A stretch of DNA of 64,000 nt from Auanema rhodensis (Eukaryota; Animalia; Nematoda). Of this stretch, positions 29,860-42,921 are shown in pieces. The stretch spans positions 7,998,001 to 8,062,000 of the forward strand of contig OZ059900.1 of NCBI GenBank assembly GCA_964057225.1, in the 5' to 3' direction. Below the pieces are notes generated by a model. The model made no database searches. It saw nothing but the letters and a program-made list of their open reading frames with translations, and had not been told where the DNA came from. Numbering within the stretch: the stretch's first letter is position 1; each line of letters starts with the position of its first letter. Both the position numbers and the translations under genes were made by a program.

Positions 29860-32800
29860 TTTGATCAGACCCTTTGAGATATGGATTTGAAATTCAGGAT
29901 TCATAAACTTCGACTATTTCTACATATATATGTTCAATTTTAACCACTTTGGTCAAAAAGGACCGAAAATATCAAGAATTATTGGTTTTTTGGGGTTTGA
30001 AGGGCATTTTGGCTGAATCAGTCAAACTTTTGATCTTAAGCATATTTTTTTCTTCTAAAACGACTAAATGTATGAAATACTGTCATAGAATGTTCATATA
30101 GGTGTATTTTGCACGAATATCAAAACTGATTGAAATATGGGCCTTTTTATGCTCAAAACGCCATATATTCAACGATTTTGGGTACAAAACATGTGAAAAC
30201 GGTATGTTTTGATCAGACCCTTTGAGATATGGATTTGAAATTCAGGATTCATAAACTTTGACTATTTCTACATATATATGTCCCATTTTAACCACTTTGG
30301 TCAAAAAGGACCGAAAATATCAAGAATTATTGGTTTTTTGGGGTTTGAAGGGCATTTTGGCAAAATCAGTCAAACTTTTGATCTTAAGCATATTTTTTTC
30401 TTCTAAAACGACTAAATGTATGAAATACTGTCAAAGATTGTTCATATAGGTGTATTTTGCACGAATATCAAAACTGATTGAAATATGGGCCTTTTTATGC
30501 TCAAAACGCCATATATTCAACGATTTTGGGTACAAAACATGTGAAAACTGTATGTTTTGATCAGACCCTTTGAGATATGGATTTGAAATTCAGGATTCAT
30601 AAACTTCGACTATTTCTACATATATATGTCCAATTTTAACCACTTTGGTCAAAAAGGACCGAAAATATCAAGAATTATTGGTTTTTTGGGGATTGAAGGG
30701 CATTTTGGCAAAATCAGTCAAACTTTTGATCTTAAGCATATTTTTTTCTTCTAAAACGACTAAATGTATGAAATACTGTCAAAGATTGTTCATATAGGTG
30801 TATTTTGCACGAATATCAAAACTGATTGAAATATGGGCCTTTTTATGCTCAAAACGCCATATATTCAACGATTTTGGGTACAAAACATGTGAAAACTGTA
30901 TGTTTTGATCAGACCCTTTGAGATATGGATTTGAAATTCAGGATTCATAAACTTTGACTATTTTTACATATATATGTCCAATTTTAACCACTTTGGTCAA
31001 AAAGGACCGAAAATATCAAGAATTATTGGTTTTTTGGGGATTGAAGGGCATTTTGGCAAAATCAGTCAAACTTTTGATCTTAAGCATATTTTTTTCTTCT
31101 AAAACGACTAAATGTATGAAATACTGTCATAGAATGTTCATATAGGTGTATTTTGCACGAATATCAAAACTGATTGAAATATGGGCCTTTTTATGCTCCA
31201 AACGCCATATATTCAACGATTTTGGGTACAAAACATGTGAAAACGGTATGTTTTGATCAGACCCTTTGAGATATGGATTTGAAATCCAGGATTCATAAAC
31301 TTTGACTATTTTTACATATATATGACCAATTTTAACCACTTTGGTCAAAAAGGACCGAAAATATCAAGAATTATTGGTTTTTTGGGGTTTGAAGGGCATT
31401 TTGGCAAAATCAGTCAAACTTTTGATCTTAAGCATATTTTTTTCTTCTAAAACGACTAAATGTATGAAATACTGTCAAAGATTGTTCATATAGGTGTATT
31501 TTGCACGAATATCAAAACTGATTGAAATATGGGCCTTTTTATGCTCAAAACGCCATATATTCAACGATTTTGGGTACAAAACATGTGAAAACTGTATGTT
31601 TTGATCAGACCCTTTGAGATATGGATTTGAAATTCAGGATTCATAAACTTTGACTATTTCTACATATATATGTCCAATTTTAACCACTTTGGTCAAAAAG
31701 GACCGAAAATATCAAGAATTATTGGTTTTTTGGGGTTTGAAGGGCATTTTGGCAAAATCAGTCAAACTTTTGATCTTAAGCATATTTTTTTCTTCTAAAA
31801 CGACTAAATGTATGAAATACTGTCAAAGATTGTTCATATAGGTGTATTTTGCACGAATATCAAAACTGATTGAAATATGGGCCTTTTTATGCTCAAAACG
31901 CCATATATTCAACGATTTTGGGTACAAAACATGTGAAAACTGTATGTTTTGATCAGACCCTTTGAGATATGGATTTGAAATTCAGGATTCATAAACTTCG
32001 ACTATTTCTACATATATATGTTCAATTTTAACCACTTTGGTCAAAAAGGACCGAAAATATCAAGAATTATTGGTTTTTTGGGGTTTGAAGGGCATTTTGG
32101 CTGAATCAGTCAAACTTTTGATCTTAAGCATATTTTTTTCTTCTAAAACGACTAAATGTATGAAATACTGTCATAGAATGTTCATATAGGTGTATTTTGC
32201 ACGAATATCAAAACTGATTGAAATATGGGCCTTTTTATGCTCAAAACGCCATATATTCAACGATTTTGGGTACAAAACATGTGAAAACGGTATGTTTTGA
32301 TCAGACCCTTTGAGATATGGATTTGAAATTCAGGATTCATAAACTTTGACTATTTCTACATATATATGTCCCATTTTAACCACTTTGGTCAAAAAGGACC
32401 GAAAATATCAAGAATTATTGGTTTTTTGGGGTTTGAAGGGCATTTTGGCAAAATCAGTCAAACTTTTGATCTTAAGCATATTTTTTTCTTCTAAAACGAC
32501 TAAATGTATGAAATACTGTCAAAGATTGTTCATATAGGTGTATTTTGCACGAATATCAAAACTGATTGAAATATGGGCCTTTTTATGCTCAAAACGCCAT
32601 ATATTCAACGATTTTGGGTACAAAACATGTGAAAACTGTATGTTTTGATCAGACCCTTTGAGATATGGATTTGAAATTCAGGATTCATAAACTTCGACTA
32701 TTTCTACATATATATGTCCAATTTTAACCACTTTGGTCAAAAAGGACCGAAAATATCAAGAATTATTGGTTTTTTGGGGATTGAAGGGCATTTTGGCAAA

Positions 32801-35800
32801 ATCAGTCAAACTTTTGATCTTAAGCATATTTTTTTCTTCTAAAACGACTAAATGTATGAAATACTGTCAAAGATTGTTCATATAGGTGTATTTTGCACGA
32901 ATATCAAAACTGATTGAAATATGGGCCTTTTTATGCTCAAAACGCCATATATTCAACGATTTTGGGTACAAAACATGTGAAAACTGTATGTTTTGATCAG
33001 ACCCTTTGAGATATGGATTTGAAATTCAGGATTCATAAACTTTGACTATTTTTACATATATATGTCCAATTTTAACCACTTTGGTCAAAAAGGACCGAAA
33101 ATATCAAGAATTATTGGTTTTTTGGGGATTGAAGGGCATTTTGGCAAAATCAGTCAAACTTTTGATCTTAAGCATATTTTTTTCTTCTAAAACGACTAAA
33201 TGTATGAAATACTGTCATAGAATGTTCATATAGGTGTATTTTGCACGAATATCAAAACTGATTGAAATATGGGCCTTTTTATGTTCAAAACGCCATATAT
33301 TCAACGATTTTGGGTACAAAACATGTGAAAACGGTATGTTTTGATCAGACCCTTTGAGATATGGATTTGAAATTCAGGATTCATAAACTTTGACTATTTC
33401 TACATATATATGTCCAATTTTAACCACTTTGGTCAAAAAGGACCGAAAATATCAAGAATTATTGGTTTTTTGGGGATTGAAGGGCATTTTGGCAAAATCA
33501 GTCAAACTTTTGATCTTAAGCATATTTTTTTCTTCTAAAACGACTAAATGTATGAAATACTGTCAAAGATTGTTCATATAGGTGTATTTTGCACGAATAT
33601 CAAAACTGATTGAAATATGGGCCTTTTTATGCTCAAAACGCCATATATTCAACGATTTTGGGTACAAAACATGTGAAAACTGTATGTTTTGATCAGACCC
33701 TTTGAGATATGGATTTGAAATTCAGGATTCATAAACTTTGACTATTTTTACATATATATGTCCAATTTTAACCACTTTGGTCAAAAAGGACCGAAAATAT
33801 CAAGAATTATTGGTTTTTTGGGGATTGAAGGGCATTTTGGCAAAATCAGTCAAACTTTTGATCTTAAGCATATTTTTTTCTTCTAAAACGACTAAATGTA
33901 TGAAATACTGTCATAGAATGTTCATATAGGTGTATTTTGCACGAATATCAAAACTGATTGAAATATGGGCCTTTTTATGCTCCAAACGCCATATATTCAA
34001 CGATTTTGGGTACAAAACATGTGAAAACGGTATGTTTTGATCAGACCCTTTGAGATATGGATTTGAAATTCAGGATTCATAAACTTCGACTATTTCTACA
34101 TATATATGTTCAATTTTAACCACTTTGGTCAAAAAGGACCGAAAATATCAAGAATTATTGGTTTTTTGGGGTTTGAAGGGCATTTTGGCTGAATCAGTCA
34201 AACTTTTGATCTTAAGCATATTTTTTTCTTCTAAAACGACTAAATGTATGAAATACTGTCATAGAATGTTCATATAGGTGTATTTTGCACGAATATCAAA
34301 ACTGATTGAAATATGGGCCTTTTTATGCTCAAAACGCCATATATTCAACGATTTTGGGTACAAAACATGTGAAAACGGTATGTTTTGATCAGACCCTTTG
34401 AGATATGGATTTGAAATTCAGGATTCATAAACTTTGACTATTTCTACATATATATGTCCCATTTTAACCACTTTGGTCAAAAAGGACCGAAAATATCAAG
34501 AATTATTGGTTTTTTGGGGTTTGAAGGGCATTTTGGCAAAATCAGTCAAACTTTTGATCTTAAGCATATTTTTTTCTTCTAAAACGACTAAATGTATGAA
34601 ATACTGTCAAAGATTGTTCATATAGGTGTATTTTGCACGAATATCAAAACTGATTGAAATATGGGCCTTTTTATGCTCAAAACGCCATATATTCAACGAT
34701 TTTGGGTACAAAACATGTGAAAACTGTATGTTTTGATCAGACCCTTTGAGATATGGATTTGAAATTCAGGATTCATAAACTTCGACTATTTCTACATATA
34801 TATGTCCAATTTTAACCACTTTGGTCAAAAAGGACCGAAAATATCAAGAATTATTGGTTTTTTGGGGATTGAAGGGCATTTTGGCAAAATCAGTCAAACT
34901 TTTGATCTTAAGCATATTTTTTTCTTCTAAAACGACTAAATGTATGAAATACTGTCAAAGATTGTTCATATAGGTGTATTTTGCACGAATATCAAAACTG
35001 ATTGAAATATGGGCCTTTTTATGCTCAAAACGCCATATATTCAACGATTTTGGGTACAAAACATGTGAAAACTGTATGTTTTGATCAGACCCTTTGAGAT
35101 ATGGATTTGAAATTCAGGATTCATAAACTTTGACTATTTTTACATATATATGTCCAATTTTAACCACTTTGGTCAAAAAGGACCGAAAATATCAAGAATT
35201 ATTGGTTTTTTGGGGATTGAAGGGCATTTTGGCAAAATCAGTCAAACTTTTGATCTTAAGCATATTTTTTTCTTCTAAAACGACTAAATGTATGAAATAC
35301 TGTCATAGAATGTTCATATAGGTGTATTTTGCACGAATATCAAAACTGATTGAAATATGGGCCTTTTTATGCTCCAAACGCCATATATTCAACGATTTTG
35401 GGTACAAAACATGTGAAAACGGTATGTTTTGATCAGACCCTTTGAGATATGGATTTGAAATCCAGGATTCATAAACTTTGACTATTTTTACATATATATG
35501 ACCAATTTTAACCACTTTGGTCAAAAAGGACCGAAAATATCAAGAATTATTGGTTTTTTGGGGTTTGAAGGGCATTTTGGCAAAATCAGTCAAACTTTTG
35601 ATCTTAAGCATATTTTTTTCTTCTAAAACGACTAAATGTATGAAATACTGTCAAAGATTGTTCATATAGGTGTATTTTGCACGAATATCAAAACTGATTG
35701 AAATATGGGCCTTTTTATGCTCAAAACGCCATATATTCAACGATTTTGGGTACAAAACATGTGAAAACTGTATGTTTTGATCAGACCCTTTGAGATATGG

Positions 35801-37650
35801 ATTTGAAATTCAGGATTCATAAACTTTGACTATTTCTACATATATATGTCCAATTTTAACCACTTTGGTCAAAAAGGACCGAAAATATCAAGAATTATTG
35901 GTTTTTTGGGGTTTGAAGGGCATTTTGGCAAAATCAGTCAAACTTTTGATCTTAAGCATATTTTTTTCTTCTAAAACGACTAAATGTATGAAATACTGTC
36001 AAAGATTGTTCATATAGGTGTATTTTGCACGAATATCAAAACTGATTGAAATATGGGCCTTTTTATGCTCAAAACGCCATATATTCAACGATTTTGGGTA
36101 CAAAACATGTGAAAACTGTATGTTTTGATCAGACCCTTTGAGATATGGATTTGAAATTCAGGATTCATAAACTTCGACTATTTCTACATATATATGTTCA
36201 ATTTTAACCACTTTGGTCAAAAAGGACCGAAAATATCAAGAATTATTGGTTTTTTGGGGTTTGAAGGGCATTTTGGCTGAATCAGTCAAACTTTTGATCT
36301 TAAGCATATTTTTTTCTTCTAAAACGACTAAATGTATGAAATACTGTCATAGAATGTTCATATAGGTGTATTTTGCACGAATATCAAAACTGATTGAAAT
36401 ATGGGCCTTTTTATGCTCAAAACGCCATATATTCAACGATTTTGGGTACAAAACATGTGAAAACGGTATGTTTTGATCAGACCCTTTGAGATATGGATTT
36501 GAAATTCAGGATTCATAAACTTTGACTATTTCTACATATATATGTCCCATTTTAACCACTTTGGTCAAAAAGGACCGAAAATATCAAGAATTATTGGTTT
36601 TTTGGGGTTTGAAGGGCATTTTGGCAAAATCAGTCAAACTTTTGATCTTAAGCATATTTTTTTCTTCTAAAACGACTAAATGTATGAAATACTGTCAAAG
36701 ATTGTTCATATAGGTGTATTTTGCACGAATATCAAAACTGATTGAAATATGGGCCTTTTTATGCTCAAAACGCCATATATTCAACGATTTTGGGTACAAA
36801 ACATGTGAAAACTGTATGTTTTGATCAGACCCTTTGAGATATGGATTTGAAATTCAGGATTCATAAACTTCGACTATTTCTACATATATATGTCCAATTT
36901 TAACCACTTTGGTCAAAAAGGACCGAAAATATCAAGAATTATTGGTTTTTTGGGGATTGAAGGGCATTTTGGCAAAATCAGTCAAACTTTTGATCTTAAG
37001 CATATTTTTTTCTTCTAAAACGACTAAATGTATGAAATACTGTCAAAGATTGTTCATATAGGTGTATTTTGCACGAATATCAAAACTGATTGAAATATGG
37101 GCCTTTTTATGCTCAAAACGCCATATATTCAACGATTTTGGGTACAAAACATGTGAAAACTGTATGTTTTGATCAGACCCTTTGAGATATGGATTTGAAA
37201 TTCAGGATTCATAAACTTTGACTATTTTTACATATATATGTCCAATTTTAACCACTTTGGTCAAAAAGGACCGAAAATATCAAGAATTATTGGTTTTTTG
37301 GGGATTGAAGGGCATTTTGGCAAAATCAGTCAAACTTTTGATCTTAAGCATATTTTTTTCTTCTAAAACGACTAAATGTATGAAATACTGTCATAGAATG
37401 TTCATATAGGTGTATTTTGCACGAATATCAAAACTGATTGAAATATGGGCCTTTTTATGTTCAAAACGCCATATATTCAACGATTTTGGGTACAAAACAT
37501 GTGAAAACGGTATGTTTTGATCAGACCCTTTGAGATATGGATTTGAAATTCAGGATTCATAAACTTTGACTATTTCTACATATATATGTCCAATTTTAAC
37601 CACTTTGGTCAAAAAGGACCGAAAATATCAAGAATTATTGGTTTTTTGGG
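29860..37650. repeat. 12-monomer HOR (4176 bp) x2, built from alternating 6-monomer (2088 bp) subunits
   Basis: tgtccCatt occurs at 30284, 32372, 34460 and 36548 (period 2088). gaaatCcagg with tatgAcc occurs at 31286 and 35462 within the block (period 4176). Confidence 0.92.
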
Positions 37651-40600
37651 GTTTGAAGGGCATTTTGGCAAAATCAGTCAAACTTTTGATCTTAAGCATA
37701 TTTTTTTCTTCTAAAACGACTAAATGTATGAAATACTGTCAAAGATTGTTCATATAGGTGTATTTTGCACGAATATCAAAACTGATTGAAATGTGGGCCT
37801 TTTTATGCTCAAAACGCCATATATTCAACGATTTTGGGTACAAAACATGTGAAAACTGTATGTTTTGATCAGACCCTTTGAGATATGGATTTGAAATTCA
37901 GGATTCATAAACTTCGACTATTTCTACATATATATGTCCAATTTTAACCACTTTGGTCAAAAAGGACCGAAAATATCAAGAATTATTGGTTTTTTGGGGT
38001 TTGAAGGGCATTTTGGCAAAATCAGTCAAACTTTTGATCTTAAGCATATTTTTTTCTTCTAAAACGACTAAATGTATGAAATACTGTCAAAGATTGTTCA
38101 TATAGGTGTATTTTGCACGAATATCAAAACTGATTGAAATATGGGCCTTTTTATGCTCAAAACGCCATATATTCAACGATTTTGGGTACAAAACATGTGA
38201 AAACTGTATGTTATGATCAGACCCTTTGAGATATGGATTTAAAATTCAGGATTCATAAAATTCGACTATTTTTACATATATATGTCCAATTTTAACCACT
38301 TTGGTCAAAAAGGACCGAAAATATCAAGAATTATTGGTTTTTTGGGGTTTGAAGGGCATTTTGGCAAAATCAGTCAAACTTTTGATCTTAAGCATATTTT
38401 TTTCTTCTAAAACGACTAAATGTATGAAATACTGTCATAGAATGTTCATATAGGTGTATTTTGCACGAATATCAAAACTGATTGAAACATGGGCCTTTTT
38501 ATGCTCAAAACGCCATATATTCAACGATTTTGGGTACAAAACATGTGAAAACTGTATGTTTTGATCAGACCCTTTGAGATATGGATTTGAAATTCAGGAT
38601 TCATAAACTTCGACTATTTCTACATATATATGTCCAATTTTAACCACTTTGGTCAAAAAGGACCGAAAATATCAAGAATTATTGGTTTTTTGGGGTTTGA
38701 AGGGCATTTTGGCTAAATCAGTCAAACTTTTGATCTTAAGCATATTTTTTTCTTCTAAAACGACTAAATGTATGAAATACTGTCATAGAATGTTCATATA
38801 GGTGTATTTTGCACGAATATAAAAACTGATTGAAATATGGGCCTTTTTATGTTCAAAACGCCATATATTCAACGATTTTGGGTACAAAACATGTGAAAAC
38901 TGTATGTTTTGATCAGACCCTTTGAGATATGGATTTGAAATTCAGGATTCATAAACTTTGACTATTTTTACATATATATGTCCAATTTTAACCACTTTGG
39001 TCAAAAAGGACCGAAAATATCAAGAATTATTGGTTTTTTGGGGATTGAAGGGCATTTTGGCAAAATCAGTCAAACTTTTGATCTTAAGCATATTTTTTTC
39101 TTCTAAAACGACTAAATGTATGAAATACTGTCATAGAATGTTCATATAGGTGTATTTTGCACGAATATCAAAACTGATTGAAATATGGGCCTTTTTATGC
39201 TCAAAACGCCATATATTCAACGATTTTGGGTACAAAACATGTGAAAACTGTATGTTATGATCAGACCCTTTGAGATATGGATTTAAAATTCAGGATTCAT
39301 AAAATTCGACTATTTTTACATATATATGTCCAATTTTAACCACTTTGGTCAAAAAGGACCGAAAATATCAAGAATTATTGGTTTTTTGGGGTTTGAAGGG
39401 CATTTTGGCAAAATCAGTCAAACTTTTGATCTTAAGCATATTTTTTTCTTCTAAAACGACTAAATGTATGAAATACTGTCATAGAATGTTCATATAGGTG
39501 TATTTTGCACGAATATCAAAACTGATTGAAACATGGGCCTTTTTATGCTCAAAACGCCATATATTCAACGATTTTGGGTACAAAACATGTGAAAACTGTA
39601 TGTTTTGATCAGACCCTTTGAGATATGGATTTGAAATTCAGGATTCATAAACTTCGACTATTTCTACATATATATGTCCAATTTTAACCACTTTGGTCAA
39701 AAAGGACCGAAAATATCAAGAATTATTGGTTTTTTGGGGTTTGAAGGGCATTTTGGCTAAATCAGTCAAACTTTTGATCTTAAGCATATTTTTTTCTTCT
39801 AAAACGACTAAATGTATGAAATACTGTCATAGAATGTTCATATAGGTGTATTTTGCACGAATATAAAAACTGATTGAAATATGGGCCTTTTTATGTTCAA
39901 AACGCCATATATTCAACGATTTTGGGTACAAAACATGTGAAAACGGTATGTTTTGATCAGACCCTTTGAGATATGGATTTGAAATTCAGGATTCATAAAC
40001 TTTGACTATTTCTACATATATATGTCCAATTTTAACCACTTTGGTCAAAAAGGACCGAAAATATCAAGAATTATTGGTTTTTTGGGGTTTGAAGGGCATT
40101 TTGGCAAAATCAGTCAAACTTTTGATCTTAAGCATATTTTTTTCTTCTAAAACGACTAAATGTATGAAATACTGTCAAAGATTGTTCATATAGGTGTATT
40201 TTGCACGAATATCAAAACTGATTGAAATGTGGGCCTTTTTATGCTCAAAACGCCATATATTCAACGATTTTGGGTACAAAACATGTGAAAACTGTATGTT
40301 TTGATCAGACCCTTTGAGATATGGATTTGAAATTCAGGATTCATAAACTTCGACTATTTCTACATATATATGTCCAATTTTAACCACTTTGGTCAAAAAG
40401 GACCGAAAATATCAAGAATTATTGGTTTTTTGGGGTTTGAAGGGCATTTTGGCAAAATCAGTCAAACTTTTGATCTTAAGCATATTTTTTTCTTCTAAAA
40501 CGACTAAATGTATGAAATACTGTCAAAGATTGTTCATATAGGTGTATTTTGCACGAATATCAAAACTGATTGAAATATGGGCCTTTTTATGCTCAAAACG

Positions 40601-41690
40601 CCATATATTCAACGATTTTGGGTACAAAACATGTGAAAACTGTATGTTATGATCAGACCCTTTGAGATATGGATTTAAAATTCAGGATTCATAAAATTCG
40701 ACTATTTTTACATATATATGTCCAATTTTAACCACTTTGGTCAAAAAGGACCGAAAATATCAAGAATTATTGGTTTTTTGGGGTTTGAAGGGCATTTTGG
40801 CAAAATCAGTCAAACTTTTGATCTTAAGCATATTTTTTTCTTCTAAAACGACTAAATGTATGAAATACTGTCATAGAATGTTCATATAGGTGTATTTTGC
40901 ACGAATATCAAAACTGATTGAAACATGGGCCTTTTTATGCTCAAAACGCCATATATTCAACGATTTTGGGTACAAAACATGTGAAAACTGTATGTTTTGA
41001 TCAGACCCTTTGAGATATGGATTTGAAATTCAGGATTCATAAACTTCGACTATTTCTACATATATATGTCCAATTTTAACCACTTTGGTCAAAAAGGACC
41101 GAAAATATCAAGAATTATTGGTTTTTTGGGGTTTGAAGGGCATTTTGGCTAAATCAGTCAAACTTTTGATCTTAAGCATATTTTTTTCTTCTAAAACGAC
41201 TAAATGTATGAAATACTGTCATAGAATGTTCATATAGGTGTATTTTGCACGAATATAAAAACTGATTGAAATATGGGCCTTTTTATGTTCAAAACGCCAT
41301 ATATTCAACGATTTTGGGTACAAAACATGTGAAAACTGTATGTTTTGATCAGACCCTTTGAGATATGGATTTGAAATTCAGGATTCATAAACTTTGACTA
41401 TTTTTACATATATATGTCCAATTTTAACCACTTTGGTCAAAAAGGACCGAAAATATCAAGAATTATTGGTTTTTTGGGGATTGAAGGGCATTTTGGCAAA
41501 ATCAGTCAAACTTTTGATCTTAAGCATATTTTTTTCTTCTAAAACGACTAAATGTATGAAATACTGTCATAGAATGTTCATATAGGTGTATTTTGCACGA
41601 ATATCAAAACTGATTGAAATATGGGCCTTTTTATGCTCAAAACGCCATATATTCAACGATTTTGGGTACAAAACATGTGAAAACTGTATG
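37435..41690. repeat. 7-monomer (2436 bp) duplication
   Basis: gaaatGtggg occurs at 37793 and 40229, and ttAtgatc at 38213 and 40649. ORF pairs are 37566/40002 and 38958/41394. Confidence 0.87.
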
Positions 41691-42497
41691 TTTTGATCAG
41701 ACCCTTTGAGATATGGATTTGAAATTCAGGATTCATAAACTTTGACTATTTTTACATATATATGTTCAATTTTAACCACTTTGGTCAAAAAGGACCGAAA
41801 ATATCAAGAATTATTGGTTTTTTGGGGTTTGTAGGGCATTTTGGCTGAATCAGTCAAACTTTTGATCTTAAGCATATTTTTTTCTTCTAAAACGACTAAA
41901 TGTATGAAATACTGTTAAAGATTGTTCATATAGGTGTATTTTGCACGAATATCAAAACTGATTGAAATATGGGCCTTTTTATGCTCAAAACGCCATATAT
42001 TCAACGATTTTGGGTACAAAACATGTGAAAACTGTATGTTTTGATCAGACCCTTTGAGATATGGATTTAAAATTCAGGATTCATAAAATTCGACTATTTT
42101 TACATATATATGTCCAATTTTAACCACTTTGGTCGAAAAGGACCGAAAATATCAAGAATTATTGGTTTTTTGGGGATTGAAGGGCATTTTGGCAAAATCA
42201 GTCAAACTTTTGATCTTAAGCATATTTTTTTCTTCTAAAACGACTAAATGTATGAAATACTGTCATAGAATGTTCATATAGGTGTATTTTGCACGAATAT
42301 CAAAACTGATTGAAATATGGGCCTTTTTATGTTCAAAACGCCATATATTCAACGATTTTGGGTACAAAACATGTGAAAACGGTATGTTTTGATCAGACCC
42401 TTTGAGATATGGATTTGAAATTCAGGATTCATAAACTTCGACTATTTCTACATATATATGTCCAATTTTAACCACTTTGGTCAAAAAGGACCGAAAA

Positions 42498-42921
42498 TAT
42501 CAAGAATTATTGGTTTTTTGGGGTTTGAAGGGCATTTTGGCAAAATCAGTCAAACTTTTGATCTTAAGCATATTTTTTTCTTCTAAAACGACTAAATGTA
42601 TGAAATACTGTCAAAGATTGTTCATATAGGTGTATTTTGCACGAATATCAAAACTGATTGAAATATGGGCCTTTTTATGCTCAAAACGCCATATATTCAA
42701 CGATTTTGGTATCAAGAATTATTGGTTTTTTGGGGTTTGAAGGGCATTTTGGCAAAATCAGTCAAACTTTTGATCTTAAGCATATTTTTTTCTTCTAAAA
42801 CGACTAAATGTATGAAATACTGTCAAAGATTGTTCATATAGGTGTATTTTGCACGAATATCAAAACTGATTGAAATATGGGCCTTTTTATGCTCAAAACG
42901 CCATATATTCAACGATTTTGG
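42498..42921. repeat. 212-bp partial-monomer tandem duplication (out-of-register junction at 42709/42710)
   Basis: The junction reads cgattttgg|tatcaagaatt, and 42498-42709 is repeated at 42710-42921. ORF spacing from 41394 to 45782 is 12x348+212. Confidence 0.93.

Noticed and set aside
31127-35524. Two 73-aa minus-strand ORFs
   Set aside because: They are opened only by local SNVs and are duplicated with the 4176-bp HOR. There is no coding evidence.
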